A DNA stretch of 64,000 nt from Octopus sinensis (lineage: Eukaryota), in assembly GCF_006345805.1 (NCBI RefSeq), contig NC_043000.1:17856001-17920000 (forward strand). Reading direction: 5' to 3'. Below are positions 62,871 to 64,000 of this stretch, in pieces; position 1 is the first letter of the stretch, and every line of letters begins with the position of its first letter. The position numbers and the translations under genes are program-made. The notes under the pieces are model-generated. The model did not search any database. It saw only the letters and a program-made list of their open reading frames with translations, and was not told where the DNA came from.

Positions 62871-63269
62871 AAACACATATATGTATATTATCATTTAACG
62901 TCCATCTTCCATGCTGGCATGAGTTGGATGGTTTGATTGGTCACTGGTAAGCCAGGTTGCTGCGCCAGGTTCCAATCTGATTTAGCAACGTTTCTACTGC
63001 TAGATGCTCTTCCTAGGGCCAACCATTTCTGAGAGTGTAGTAGGTGTTTTTTATGTCCCAATATATATATATTCTTTTATTCTTTTACTTGCTTCAGTCA
63101 TTTGATTATGGCCATGCTAGAGCACCACCTTTAGTCAAACAAATCAACCCCAGAACTTATTCTTTGCCAGCCTAACTTATTCTATTGGTCTCTTTTGCTG
63201 AACCACTAAGTTACAGGGACGTAAACACCTCAACATCATTTGTCAAGCGATAGTGGGGGAACAAATACA

Positions 63270-63318
<49 letters not shown>

Positions 63319-64000
63319 GATGGGCTTCTTTCAGTTTCTATCTACCAAATCCACTCACAAAGCTTTGGTTGGCCCAAGGTGCCACACAGTGGGACTGAAC
63401 CCAGAACCATGTGGTTGGGAAGCAAGCTTCTTACCATATATATATATATATATAGTCAATTCAAATAAATGAATAATAGAATTAACAATGACAGACAAGA
63501 AAATGTGCACAAAGGAAGTATTAGTTTGACACTCAGTAAAAGGAGAGAGTTTTTGATATTTCAAGCATAGCTCTCCATTAGAAAGGAGAAAGGGAAAAAC
63601 CCAAAGAAGGAAAAGAAATTGTGTAGTTACATGCATATTTGTCTGTATGTTACTGTCTCCTTGCCTTGAGATTGTATGACACTTGTGAGTGTCAACCTTC
63701 ATGCATGATAAGGTGTCCTTTATTTTCAATCTTCCTTGAAAACATGCCTGGTCATGAGCAAATATTACCTTACTTAGAAATAGGTGAGGATTGGTGACAG
63801 GTGGGGCAGACATCCAGCTGTAGAAAATCTGCTTTAACAAATTCCTTTCGACCTATGCAAGCATGGATAGGTGGTTGTTAAAACGATGATGATGATGATG
63901 ATGTGTACGTGCAATGTGTTTGACCCACCCACTGCTTGACAGCCAGTATTGATTTGTCACCCACAATTGAACCTATGATAAATGATCGCCCAATTGTAAC

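Overview
AT-rich, microsatellite- and SINE-dense eukaryotic DNA. The repeat families look like those of Octopus (coleoid cephalopod); this is recognition from memory, not a database hit. One host gene is supported: a tRNA-dihydrouridine(20a/20b) synthase (DUS4L) on the + strand, with three coding exons (13262-13413, 58322-58443, 60355-60430) that splice in frame. A ~44.9 kb intron follows the first coding exon. The 5'UTR exon and the 3' half of the gene were not found in the window. Almost all ORF-track entries are microsatellite or SINE artefacts. Mobile DNA includes an internally deleted Gypsy LTR element that still has an open DDE integrase frame, a pogo transposase relic, CR1/L2/RTE LINE 3' ends, Penelope-like remnants, non-autonomous Helitrons (one a head-to-tail trimer), piggyBac/hAT/mariner MITEs and four SINE-like families (called A-D here). 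Best leads: the integrase-only LTR element, two intronic pre-miRNA-like hairpins with G:U-biased stems, a hammerhead-like motif with a variant core in three dispersed copies, inverted SINEs bracketing an in-frame exon pair (circRNA geometry), a SINE/LINE shared 3' stem-loop tail, a dead duplicate of the start-codon exon, a Helitron concatemer with variable cargo, a hairpin-module higher-order array, and four fold-back palindromes at repeat ends. All alignments, counts and RNA folds were done by eye and need computational confirmation.
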